Assembly: GCA_965215595.1 (NCBI GenBank)
Contig: CBDCDW010000005.1
Coordinates: 235,316 to 299,315 of the forward strand
Direction of reading: 5' to 3'
Source of the DNA: an uncultured Candidatus Binatia bacterium
GTDB lineage: Bacteria; Desulfobacterota; Binatia; UBA9968; CAXXLF01
Length of the DNA stretch: 64,000 nt
Positions within the stretch are counted from its first letter, which is position 1, and each line of letters begins with the position of its first letter. The position numbers and the translations under genes were made by a program. The notes under the pieces were generated by a model. That model ran no database searches. It worked only from the letters and a program-made list of their open reading frames with translations, and was not told the DNA's origin. This document shows, in pieces, positions 1 through 8,169 of the stretch.

Positions 1-651
1 CAGATCCTGTTTGAACAACTGCCGAATGAAGTCTTTGCCCAAATCGGGATGCAAATAAAAGAACCCAAAGCTGGCCGAACCTGGCCCTGGCTTGAGCGGA
101 TCGTCAACGATAATCTTTCCTTTCCACTTGGCCTTCAGGAGATCTTTGTATGATGTAAAATCCGATTCGCTCGCGAGTTTCGTGTTAATGAACAATTGAC
201 CGCGCGTGTACGGGGACATGACCATGGCCGTCCGTCCAGCATCTAGGAACTCGAATTCCCCGTTGCGCCAGTTCTTCAGATTCTTCACTTCCGGTAGGAT
301 CATGGCCGGCTCCAGGGGAGCCAAGACTTTCATTGGGACAATCAGGGCTTCCAAGGCGCCTGCGACTATAAGATCCCACCCATAATGGCCTGCGCCGCGC
401 TCGGCGGCTATTCTAGGTGGAAAAGTTGTTACCCGTCCGCCCAAGAACTCCACAGAGATCCCGAACTTCTTCTCGAACGGCCGCACAAGACCATCCCGCC
501 GGTCCGTGCCTGTGGGCCCAAACATAGAGACCTTGCCTTCCTTCTTTGCCGCCGCAATGGTGCGCTTCCATTCGTCCTGCCAGGAAGCCCCGGATTCCAC
601 AGAAAAAATGAGGTTTACTAACATTAGGGTTACAAAGATCGAATACCTCAT
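1..651 (-). CDS. Periplasmic ABC-type substrate-binding protein (family-1/Fe3+-like SBP), N-terminal part only; 3' end lies beyond the left window edge
   Basis: Minus-strand translation from ATG (complement of 649-651) gives MRYSIFVTLMLVNLIFSVESGASWQDEWKRTIAAAKKEGKVSMFGPTG..., a signal-peptide-like N-terminus then an SBP core. It is clearly paralogous to the SBP at 52705-53814 (ASDWEQVVAAAKKEGRVVIIGPQGTW...). The frame stays open to position 1, so the ORF is missing from the supplied track. Confidence 0.5.
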   Translation of the reverse strand, partial: MRYSIFVTLMLVNLIFSVESGASWQDEWKRTIAAAKKEGKVSMFGPTGTDRRDGLVRPFEKKFGISVEFLGGRVTTFPPRIAAERGAGHYGWDLIVAGALEALIVPMKVLAPLEPAMILPEVKNLKNWRNGEFEFLDAGRTAMVMSPYTRGQLFINTKLASESDFTSYKDLLKAKWKGKIIVDDPLKPGPGSASFGFFYLHPDLGKDFIRQLFKQDL

Positions 652-755
652 ACCTTCAATCTCCTTTCTGCTAAAATTTTTTCAGTTCCACATTTAGATT
701 GATTGACTCAACTTGGAAATCAGATTTTGCCGGGGGCTTTAAGATTGAGACACAA

Positions 756-2207
756 TCATTTAGATATGCCTGCCAACTCCTTTGCCAACCGAACACAGGT
801 ACTCAGATCATAGGATTGTAAAAGTCTCATTTTGATTTGAGCAGGAGCTCCGGAGTTGTACATTTCAAAAAGCAGTTGGCGGGATCCAAAGGATTCGCAG
901 GTATACTCCCAGGCGAGACGAAGCATACGAAAACGATCAGGTGCACCCTCGTCTTTACCTACAAAATAGCGGAAAATTTCAGGACTGAGTTCCGGATTGG
1001 CCATCTCAAGCTGACCTGGGGCCATGAGCGGTCCAGAACCACACACCTCGCGCAAAATTTGCAGGACTCGAGGGTGACGATCCACTGAATAAGTATGGGC
1101 CACCAGCAACTGAGTGAGGTTAGGCTCAGTCAATCCAGATCTGGATGGAGTAAGATTGGTCTCCGCGGCTTGAATCAGGGCCCGGAGGGTTTCAATATCG
1201 ACTACTATATCGGAGAGCGCAAATTGTACCTGGGCCTGTCCTGCACTGCCGAGATAATCCGCCATTGATTTGCAGATCCCCGCCAACACCTCTAGCTTAA
1301 CCACCTTACGAATTTGAGTATGATAGAAGGTCCATGTGAGGGTCCACAGAAAGATTTGAACCAAAAATGGGATATTTTCAGGAGTAACTCGCCGGTAATA
1401 GAATACCCGATCATTGGGAACGAACACATTGTCGAAAAGAAGGGAAGCATCCATTTCGTCCCAGAACGCGCTCAGGGGATGGTTTTGGGGATCTTCCGGC
1501 GCCAACGGTTGGCGGCAAACGACTTTTACACCCTTGGTATTCAATGGAACGGCAAAGTAGAGAACCTCATCGGCTCCATGGCCCGGTCGCGCAACCAGTC
1601 CTAAAAACTCATCGGCATAAGGCGCTAGGGTCGCCACAGGCTTGCAACCGCTTATGACAATACCATCAGGCCTACGCTCCACTACTTTTAAGAACTCGAA
1701 GTCAGTTGAGGGTCGGTTTTGCGGTCGCTGGGGATCGCCGAAGGCGACGGTTAAGCACAGGTCATTTTCACGGCAGTACTCAAAAAACCGAGATATATTA
1801 TTCGCGAAGGCAGGATCTTCCTGGCCTAGGACTTCCCGCATATCGTACAAGGCCACTAGCATCGTGGCCATAAAATGGGGAAGTCTGGCGGCAACACCTC
1901 CGCACCTGCGTTGCAAGAACTCGGTCATGTGGCGCACTCGTATAAGGTCTTCGGTGGAATTGGGCAGCAGATATCCCAGGCTTACAACGTCTCCCGTAGT
2001 GGGCGACTTCATTGTCAATTGTTCTTGATGGGCAGGGTCATGCTGGAGATCGTAAATCTCCGCCAAAGACTTTGCGAATCCCGACAGGGCGGGATGAGTC
2101 GTGACATCGTCTACTTTTTCACCACGCAACCAAACCTGGCGACCATCCCTGAGGCCGGCGAGATACTCCTCCCCCTGTCTTATTGGCATGACACCTTCTC
2201 CTCCCAA
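756..2207 (-). CDS. HpaB/PvcC-family flavin-dependent aromatic hydroxylase (4-hydroxyphenylacetate 3-monooxygenase oxygenase-component family; 4-hydroxybutyryl-CoA dehydratase superfamily)
   Basis: 483-aa ORF. N-terminus MPIRQGEEYLAGLRDGRQVWLRGEKVDDVTTHPAL and the overall length and composition are typical of the HpaB/AbfD fold. No 4Fe-4S Cys cluster typical of AbfD is seen. Confidence 0.55.
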   Translation of the reverse strand: MGGEGVMPIRQGEEYLAGLRDGRQVWLRGEKVDDVTTHPALSGFAKSLAEIYDLQHDPAHQEQLTMKSPTTGDVVSLGYLLPNSTEDLIRVRHMTEFLQRRCGGVAARLPHFMATMLVALYDMREVLGQEDPAFANNISRFFEYCRENDLCLTVAFGDPQRPQNRPSTDFEFLKVVERRPDGIVISGCKPVATLAPYADEFLGLVARPGHGADEVLYFAVPLNTKGVKVVCRQPLAPEDPQNHPLSAFWDEMDASLLFDNVFVPNDRVFYYRRVTPENIPFLVQIFLWTLTWTFYHTQIRKVVKLEVLAGICKSMADYLGSAGQAQVQFALSDIVVDIETLRALIQAAETNLTPSRSGLTEPNLTQLLVAHTYSVDRHPRVLQILREVCGSGPLMAPGQLEMANPELSPEIFRYFVGKDEGAPDRFRMLRLAWEYTCESFGSRQLLFEMYNSGAPAQIKMRLLQSYDLSTCVRLAKELAGISK

Positions 2208-2273
2208 ATAGCTAAGAAAAATCGCATACTTCGTCCCATCGGGCCGTAAAACACCAGTATTAATTTAGTCAAA

Positions 2274-2293
2274 AACTAGTAATTTTACTAGTT
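2274..2293. promoter_or_regulatory. Near-perfect palindrome aactagtaattttactagtt in the divergent intergenic region between the HpaB-like gene and the LysR fragment; candidate LysR-type box
   Basis: The sequence reads the same on both strands except the centre. Its position between divergently oriented genes, one with a LysR HTH, fits the usual LTTR autoregulatory layout. Confidence 0.25.
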
Positions 2294-2349
2294 CTCAAGG
2301 CACCTATTTTGTTGGTAGTCTCGGGTGGATTACTATTGGCACAGAGAGG

Positions 2350-2640
2350 ATGGAGCAGTCAATGACCCTGCACCAGCTTGAAATCTGGACCACCGTTGCA
2401 AAACGCCAGAGCATGACAAAAGCGGCAAAGGAACTCCGCATCAGGCAACCATCGGTAACCCAACAGATCAAGCTTTTAGAGAGAGAATTCGGGATACAGC
2501 TCTACAAGGTTAATGGGCGAGGGATTGAGCTTACCCCGGCAGGGAAACGTCTACTTACCTATGCTAAAAAGATACTCCTGCATATCGATAAACTTGAAAA
2601 AACATTTAAAAGTCTAAAACGAATTCACCGACGTCGTTGA
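2350..2640 (+). pseudogene. LysR-family regulator, N-terminal HTH domain only (truncated remnant)
   Basis: The 96-aa ORF (LHQLEIWTTVAKRQSMTKAAKELRIRQPSVTQQIKLLEREFGIQLY) is a typical LysR winged-HTH, but it stops after ~90 aa. The ~200-aa effector-binding domain is absent. Confidence 0.45.
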
Positions 2641-2764
2641 CCTCCCCTAGACCCAACTTCCCCTCACTCAATTTTGGAATCCATTTTTGTAACATGTGGA
2701 TTCACCTTGTATTATAAATTCATTTGGAATATTTGTTGATTCTGCCGGTAACAACCAGGTCATT

Positions 2765-3439
2765 ATGGGCAAAAGAATAACCATCACAGGAAAAGACGGA
2801 TTTCATTTTGGCGCCTTTTTGGACGAACCTGACGGCAAACCAAAGGGCGGAGTAGTTGTCTGCCAGGAAATCTTCGGTGTCAATCAATATTTGGAAAACG
2901 TTTGCGACTTTTACACCAAGGCAGGTTACTTGACCATCGCACCAGCGCTCTTTGACCGAATAGAACGCGATCTGGATATAAAATATTCACCAGAAGGCGT
3001 CCAGCGAGGCATACAGATTTCGTCTAAAGTTGACTGGGACCAAGCGCTGGACGACGTAGAGTCGTCACTGGCCACGGTTCGTACGGCGGGAGCTCAAAAG
3101 TTTGGCGCCATCGGATTTTGTTGGGGTGGTACGCTCGCCTGGCTCCTCGCATGCCGCCGTGAAGTTGACTGTGCAGTGGCCTATTACGGCGCGGAGATAG
3201 AGCAATTTCCCAATGAGCATGCCCGTCATCCCGTGATAATGCACATCGGGGAAGAGGACCCTATCATATCGCCAGAGAAACTTGAGAGTATAAAGAAGGC
3301 CCAGGCCGGCACGCCGATTTTCACTTATCCAAAGGCGTCCCACGGTTTTGACAACGAAGCCCGGCCGAAATACGACTCTGCCACGGTAAAGCTCGCTCGC
3401 GAACGCACCCTCGAATTTCTCGCTAAGCACGTACGGTAG
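2765..3439 (+). CDS. Dienelactone hydrolase family protein (carboxymethylenebutenolidase-like)
   Basis: MGKRITITGKDGFHFGAFLDEPDGKPKGGVVVCQEIFGVNQYLENVCDFYTKAGYLTIAPALFDR..., then a GxxG nucleophile elbow region (GFCWGG) and the C-terminal HGFDNE motif. The ORF track starts at 2696, but the internal Met at 2765 gives the canonical DLH length (~225 aa). Confidence 0.75.
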   Translation: MGKRITITGKDGFHFGAFLDEPDGKPKGGVVVCQEIFGVNQYLENVCDFYTKAGYLTIAPALFDRIERDLDIKYSPEGVQRGIQISSKVDWDQALDDVESSLATVRTAGAQKFGAIGFCWGGTLAWLLACRREVDCAVAYYGAEIEQFPNEHARHPVIMHIGEEDPIISPEKLESIKKAQAGTPIFTYPKASHGFDNEARPKYDSATVKLARERTLEFLAKHVR

Positions 3440-3455
3440 GCAAACAACACTCCTC
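3336..3455. repeat. Direct repeat copy 1 (3' end of the DLH gene plus ~15 bp downstream), ~92% identical to 9188-9300
   Basis: cgtcccacggttttgacaacgaagcccggccgaaatacgactctgccacggtaaagctcgctcgcgaacgcaccctcgaatttctcgctaagcacgta... is repeated at 9188 with a few substitutions. The spurious antisense ORFs at 3065..3430 and 8641..9282 share the N-terminus MLSEKFEGAFASELYRGRVVFRPGFVV for the same reason. Confidence 0.85.
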
Positions 3456-3896
3456 TACTGCGCTATGTTCAGTTCGAGGATTTGTCATCTTGGGATTCAC
3501 AATCGTTCTCAATCTCTTCTCGGTTTACGCTGCGGTTGTTCAATGGTAATGGACACTAGTGGCTAATCACGCGAGTTCGGAATCTGTAGGTTCCGTTTAA
3601 GTATAGATGAAACAGCTTGTTCTGTGAAATTTTAGCTACCTTACTTTTAGTTTGATTGAAATGGGCTAGTACAGGCAAGTTCATTTATAGATAAAAATCT
3701 AACTTTAAATAGCAAGCCAGGCTTGACAAGGTTGGCATTCCTAGAATAAGAGTAAAAGAGTTGAAGATCTCCTGGCGAACCCCGGAGAGATAACTACTTT
3801 GAATCGCAGTTCACAACGTCCAACCGGGTTCTTGCCAGCCCATGTGTTTCTCAATGGTTCCAAGCCGAGATTGAATAGAGGAAGGAGCTTTTCATT

Positions 3897-4475
3897 ATGG
3901 CTTTAGTGAGAATTCCAGAGGGTCTTAATCATGCTCACTTTGATAAAATAAGAGAAATACAGGAAAACATTTTATCGGATATAAAAGGTGCAAGGCGGGT
4001 AGGTATTCGGCTTAATAAAACAGACACAACATATCCATCCCCTGTTTTTGTTGGAATTCTTGAGGATGCTACCATGAGGACCGATAGAGTAAGACGGGGT
4101 GGGGTGGATCCGGGACACGAACGGTTTAGGAATGAGGACTTCTCAGTGATTTACAATCAAACTGTTTCTGACCCTCAAGGCAAATATTGGGAGCGAGATT
4201 GGAATGAAGATAATGATTGTTATGAAAAAACCCTAGGGGGATTAAGGAAGCAAGGCAATAATGATAAGGGAGGCGTAAGATATCAAATCTTCATTGCAAT
4301 TAGAATTGCTGACGGGGCTTGTAAGCGTTCTATAGGGATTTTGGGAATAGGACTTGATGAAAAGCCGCAAGATATGAGGGACGTTGGGGCTGCAATGATA
4401 CGCTGGGCCCAAAGCAACTCTGAGCTCGTTCAACATATCACAAATACATACAAGCTTGGGGGGCCACTGTTTTAA
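3897..4475 (+). CDS. Hypothetical 192-aa cytoplasmic protein, translationally coupled to the downstream histidine kinase
   Basis: A good RBS (ggaaggag) precedes the ATG. The stop (4473-4475) lies 3 bp before the HK start. The region is AT-rich relative to its neighbours, no TM segment is present, and I recognise no motif. Confidence 0.5.
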   Translation: MALVRIPEGLNHAHFDKIREIQENILSDIKGARRVGIRLNKTDTTYPSPVFVGILEDATMRTDRVRRGGVDPGHERFRNEDFSVIYNQTVSDPQGKYWERDWNEDNDCYEKTLGGLRKQGNNDKGGVRYQIFIAIRIADGACKRSIGILGIGLDEKPQDMRDVGAAMIRWAQSNSELVQHITNTYKLGGPLF

Positions 4476-4478
4476 GCT

Positions 4479-6173
4479 ATGCCGCGACCGAAACGCAAAG
4501 CCGCGAACAAAAAAAAGGGCTCCTTGTTAAGAATCTCTCCTACCAACGAAAATTTACTCTCTCGGGCTACGGACCTCTCAGCCCTGCTCACACTGGTAGA
4601 AACGGCGACCCAATCGCTCGATACCGACAAGATCTTGAACGACACGCTGGATAAATCGTTGGAGGTCCTGCGTTTTGATGTGGGCTATATTCGAATTTTG
4701 GACCCGGAAACAAGAACTATGGTGGTCCGCGTGGGCAAAGGCTCAAGATTGCCTGAGATTCAGTACAGCACCGTTCCTATAGATTCGCCTCGTCGTCATT
4801 TAGCAAGCATTATCTTCAAAACTCGCGAGCCCTATATCTGCCTCGATGTTCGGAAAGATAAAAAGTTCAACAACCGAAGCATGGAGCGAGAGGGGGCCAT
4901 TTCAGCAGCTTTTATTCCTATTATGTCTAAGACTCGTATATTAGGAATCATAACGTTAGGAAGTCGCAAGTTTCATAAGTTTACCAAAAGAGAGATTAAT
5001 CTCCTCAAGGCCTTTGGCTCCCAGCTTGGCGCTGCGCTGAAAAATGCTCAACTCTACGACGAGGTGAATAATGGCAAGGCCTATATCGAAAATCTCGTGG
5101 AAAATGCGGGCGACGCTATCATCTCCACGGATCTGGAGGACCAGATCCTCACCTGGAACCGTGGCGCAGAGGTCATATTTGGCTACAGTAAAGAAGAGGT
5201 AGTAAGTAAAAATCTGACTATTCTTCTGCTTCCAAGCGATCATAGGGAACTTGAGGGGATGCGTAACAAAGTCAAGCTGACTGGTGTGATTCGTGACCTT
5301 GAGGTGCGACGAAAGAGAAAGGATGGGCGAATCATTAATGTGACCGTGGCAGTTTCACCCATTAAAGACAATAACGGCAATGTTATCGGGTTTCTCCGGT
5401 TAGCCAAAGACATCACTGAGAAAAAACGTTTTGAGGAAAGGCTCAAAGAACTCGATAGGATGAAATCGGACTTTGTTTCCAACGTCTCCCACGAATTAAG
5501 GACACCGCTTACCTCAATTAAAGGCTCGGTGGACAATATGCTTGACGGTATAACGGGCCCATTGAACGAAAAACAAAACCGCTATCTTACGCGCATCAAG
5601 TCGAATTCGGATCGTCTCTCGCGGCTCATCAATGACATCTTGGACCTCTCAAAATCCGAATCGGGGCGATTCGACCTTACGCCGACGGATCTTCCTCTTG
5701 TCACTCTAACGCAGGAGGTCGCAGAGAGCATTAGGCCAGTGGCAACGGAAAAGCTTATTAGTCTTGAGGTTGCCTCTCCTGATATTAATCTGACTGCTTG
5801 GGCAGATCTAGATAAGGTCACGCAGGTGCTGTTGAACCTCATTGGCAATGCAGTCAAGTTCACTCCGCCCTATGGCAAAGTAGGCGTAGCTATTCAAAGA
5901 AATGGGAATGAGTGGGTGCAGATATCCGTTACAGACACAGGACCAGGTATTCAGACGGACCAGGTAGATAAGATCTTCGATAAGTTTTACCAAGTTGCCC
6001 AAGCAACAAAACAAATAGCCAAAGGCACCGGACTGGGACTCGCTATTTGTAAAGCCATTGTGGAAATGCACGGGGGACGTATCTGGGTAGAAAGTAAATT
6101 AGGCAAAGGAAGCACCTTTTCCTTCACTCTACCTGCGCAGCAGCCGTTTAAGTTTGAACTACCTGCCAGATAG
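4479..6173 (+). CDS. Cytoplasmic sensor histidine kinase (GAF - PAS - HisKA - HATPase_c)
   Basis: A GAF-like N-terminal region is followed by a PAS block (ENLVENAGDAIISTDLEDQILTWNRGAEVIFGY), the H-box SHELRTPLTSIKGS, and N/G boxes (NLIGNAVKFT, DTGPGI, GTGLGLAICKAIVEMHGGRIWVES). No TM helices are present. Confidence 0.85.
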   Translation: MPRPKRKAANKKKGSLLRISPTNENLLSRATDLSALLTLVETATQSLDTDKILNDTLDKSLEVLRFDVGYIRILDPETRTMVVRVGKGSRLPEIQYSTVPIDSPRRHLASIIFKTREPYICLDVRKDKKFNNRSMEREGAISAAFIPIMSKTRILGIITLGSRKFHKFTKREINLLKAFGSQLGAALKNAQLYDEVNNGKAYIENLVENAGDAIISTDLEDQILTWNRGAEVIFGYSKEEVVSKNLTILLLPSDHRELEGMRNKVKLTGVIRDLEVRRKRKDGRIINVTVAVSPIKDNNGNVIGFLRLAKDITEKKRFEERLKELDRMKSDFVSNVSHELRTPLTSIKGSVDNMLDGITGPLNEKQNRYLTRIKSNSDRLSRLINDILDLSKSESGRFDLTPTDLPLVTLTQEVAESIRPVATEKLISLEVASPDINLTAWADLDKVTQVLLNLIGNAVKFTPPYGKVGVAIQRNGNEWVQISVTDTGPGIQTDQVDKIFDKFYQVAQATKQIAKGTGLGLAICKAIVEMHGGRIWVESKLGKGSTFSFTLPAQQPFKFELPAR

Positions 6174-6184
6174 TGAGGTGGGTT

Positions 6185-6553
6185 ATGGGGCTCAAAGTCC
6201 TTGTTGTGGATGATGAGGAAGACATTGTCGAGGTGATCAAGGATCGCCTGGAAGCCTATGGGTTCACGATTTCGACAGCGGGAACCGGTCTGCAGGCTTT
6301 GAAAAAGCTTTCCATGGAAAAATTTGACGGTATTTTCCTGGACATTAAGATGCCAGAGATGGGCGGCATGGAAGCCTTGGAGGAGATCCGCAAGAATGGA
6401 TTGACAATCCCTGTGATTATTCTCACCTCATCTTCCACTAAAGATGTACCCTTGGAGGCTATGGCCAAGGGAGCCGATGATTACCTCCTTAAGCCCTTCG
6501 AGTGGGAAGAGCTGAAGGCCAAAATCGAAAAGGTCTACAACATCTCCCTATAG
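6185..6553 (+). CDS. Single-domain response regulator (CheY-like receiver)
   Basis: KVLVVDDEEDIVEVIKDRLEAYGF...FLDIKMPEMGGMEAL...KPF is a REC domain with no output domain. The start overlaps the HK stop (GTG at 6173 or ATG at 6185). Confidence 0.75.
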   Translation: MGLKVLVVDDEEDIVEVIKDRLEAYGFTISTAGTGLQALKKLSMEKFDGIFLDIKMPEMGGMEALEEIRKNGLTIPVIILTSSSTKDVPLEAMAKGADDYLLKPFEWEELKAKIEKVYNISL

Positions 6554-6589
6554 CGATAGCCATGGAAGGTTTTACCCGGGACCATCCTA

Positions 6590-7915
6590 GTGGTCGATGA
6601 TGACCAGAATATCCAGGAGGTGATCAAAGACCGCCTGGAATCCCTGAATTGCCGGGTATTGCTAGCCTCCAATGGGAAAGAGTGCTTGGAAGTTCTCGAG
6701 CACCAGAGCCCGCAGATGGTCCTTCTTGACATCGAGATGCCCGGTGTCAACGGGCTCGAAGTTCTAAAAGAAATTCGTAAGAGAGAGTACGATGTGAGCG
6801 TGGTAATGATCACAGCTCACGGCACCATTGATCGTGCAGTGCAGGCGATCAAGGGAGGGGCCTATGATTTTATTCAGAAGCCTTTTGAGCCTGACCATAT
6901 TGCCTTAATTGTGGAGCGGACCCTGGAGAGGGAAAGGCTTAAAAGAGACGTAGAGATCTTCTCCGAAGAGATAGGCAAACGTTATAACCTGATTGTGGGT
7001 AAGAGTGCCAAGATGAACCGGGCAGTTGAATTGGCTAAGAAGTCGAGCGCAAGTCGGTCCACTGTGTTGCTTTTAGGAGAAAGTGGAACCGGCAAAGAGA
7101 TATTTGCTCGGGCGATCCACAATTGGAGTGAGCGTTATGGCAAGCCCTTTATTGCCATTAACTGCGTTGGCCTTTCACGGGAACTCTTGGAAAGCGAGCT
7201 TTTCGGCCATGAAAAAGGAGCTTTTACGGGGGCCCATCAGCTTAAAAAAGGCAAGATGGAACTGGCCCATGGTGGGACCATCTTTCTTGATGAAGTTGGC
7301 GATATTTCTCAAGAACTCCAAACCAAACTCCTCAGATTTCTCCAAGAGCGGGAATTTGAGCGGGTCGGAGGGACAAAATCTATCATTGTGGATGTGAGAA
7401 TCATAGCCGCCACGAATCGCGATCTGGATCGGGCGGTCAAAGAAAATAAATTCCGTGAGGATCTCTATTATCGCCTCAACGTCATTCCCATTGTTCTTCC
7501 TCCTTTAAGAGAACGAAGAGAAGACATTCCTACCCTGGCCTACTATTTTTTGCGGCGGTTTTCCTCGGAAACCAAGAAAAGCTTCACCGAGATAACCCTA
7601 GAAGCCTCCGAGAAACTCCAAGCCTATGACTGGCCGGGAAATGTCCGCGAGCTAGGAAATGTCATGGAGCGGGCCGTTGTTTTGGGCCAGGCTCCAAAAG
7701 TTCAACTGGAAGACCTGGCACCCAGTATCGCTTTCTCACAGCCCGTGAACCGCGAAGAAGACTATTCGTATCATGAGGCCACGGATAGCTACAAACGGCA
7801 GCTAATCATTCGGGCCCTAACACAGGCACAGGGAAATCGCGCCGCGGCTGCAAGGGCCCTCGGTCTTCAGCGGACCTATCTTTCCCGATTGATAAAAACT
7901 CTTCGTATTGGCTGA
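6590..7915 (+). CDS. Sigma-54-dependent response regulator (NtrC family: REC - AAA+ - Fis-type HTH)
   Basis: REC (VVDDDQNIQEVIKDRLE...LLDIEMP), Walker A GESGTGKE, a canonical GAFTGA (ESELFGHEKGAFTGA), an R-finger region, and a C-terminal HTH (NRAAAARALGLQRTYLSRLIK). The start is GTG. The REC domain is paralogous to that of the preceding CheY-like gene. Confidence 0.85.
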   Translation: MVDDDQNIQEVIKDRLESLNCRVLLASNGKECLEVLEHQSPQMVLLDIEMPGVNGLEVLKEIRKREYDVSVVMITAHGTIDRAVQAIKGGAYDFIQKPFEPDHIALIVERTLERERLKRDVEIFSEEIGKRYNLIVGKSAKMNRAVELAKKSSASRSTVLLLGESGTGKEIFARAIHNWSERYGKPFIAINCVGLSRELLESELFGHEKGAFTGAHQLKKGKMELAHGGTIFLDEVGDISQELQTKLLRFLQEREFERVGGTKSIIVDVRIIAATNRDLDRAVKENKFREDLYYRLNVIPIVLPPLRERREDIPTLAYYFLRRFSSETKKSFTEITLEASEKLQAYDWPGNVRELGNVMERAVVLGQAPKVQLEDLAPSIAFSQPVNREEDYSYHEATDSYKRQLIIRALTQAQGNRAAAARALGLQRTYLSRLIKTLRIG

Positions 7916-8014
7916 GTCATTTTGGATCGCTGACTCCGCTAAGACTTTCCATATCGCCGTCGAATCTCTCACCAAAGAGACTTTCCCTATGGGCTGAATC
8001 CTTTTCTTCACATG

Positions 8015-8034
8015 CCGTATCCACAAGGATACGG
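8015..8034 (+). promoter_or_regulatory. Perfect 8-4-8 palindrome ccgtatcc-acaa-ggatacgg, ~100 bp upstream of the sigma-54 promoter; candidate enhancer (UAS) for the adjacent NtrC-type activator
   Basis: Dyad symmetry is visible directly. The distance to the -24/-12 element is typical for bEBP enhancers. Confidence 0.35.
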
Positions 8035-8118
8035 GTCTCTCTATCGCTCCATCAGATGACTCAACCGATTTCCCTTTGATTCAGTAGCTTATCCAATTTT
8101 GTCGCTACTGCCGCTGAT

Positions 8119-8133
8119 TGGCACAGCCTTTGC
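8119..8133 (+). promoter_or_regulatory. Sigma-54 (RpoN) -24/-12 promoter TGGCAC-N5-TTGC, ~36 bp upstream of the cyclase start
   Basis: ttGGcacagcctttGCg matches the consensus YTGGCACG-N4-TTGCW, with the GG and GC doublets correctly spaced. It sits immediately downstream of a sigma-54 activator gene. Confidence 0.6.
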
Positions 8134-8169
8134 GCTACTGTTTAAACGTACCTTGAAGAAGAATATCAA

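Noticed and set aside
3065-3430. Antisense ORFs 3065..3430, 8641..9282, 9424..9687, 9434..9700 and the many 60-150-aa ORFs inside large genes (for example within 15830-19249 and 29572-31035)
   Set aside because: They lie opposite or out of frame within well-supported genes. 3065..3430 and 8641..9282 share an N-terminus only because they cross the direct repeat. Spurious.
3724-3748. ttgaca ... tagaat as a sigma-70 promoter for the hypothetical/HK operon
   Set aside because: The spacer between the hexamers is only 13 nt. It is not a credible -35/-10 pair, although a promoter must exist somewhere in 3440-3896.
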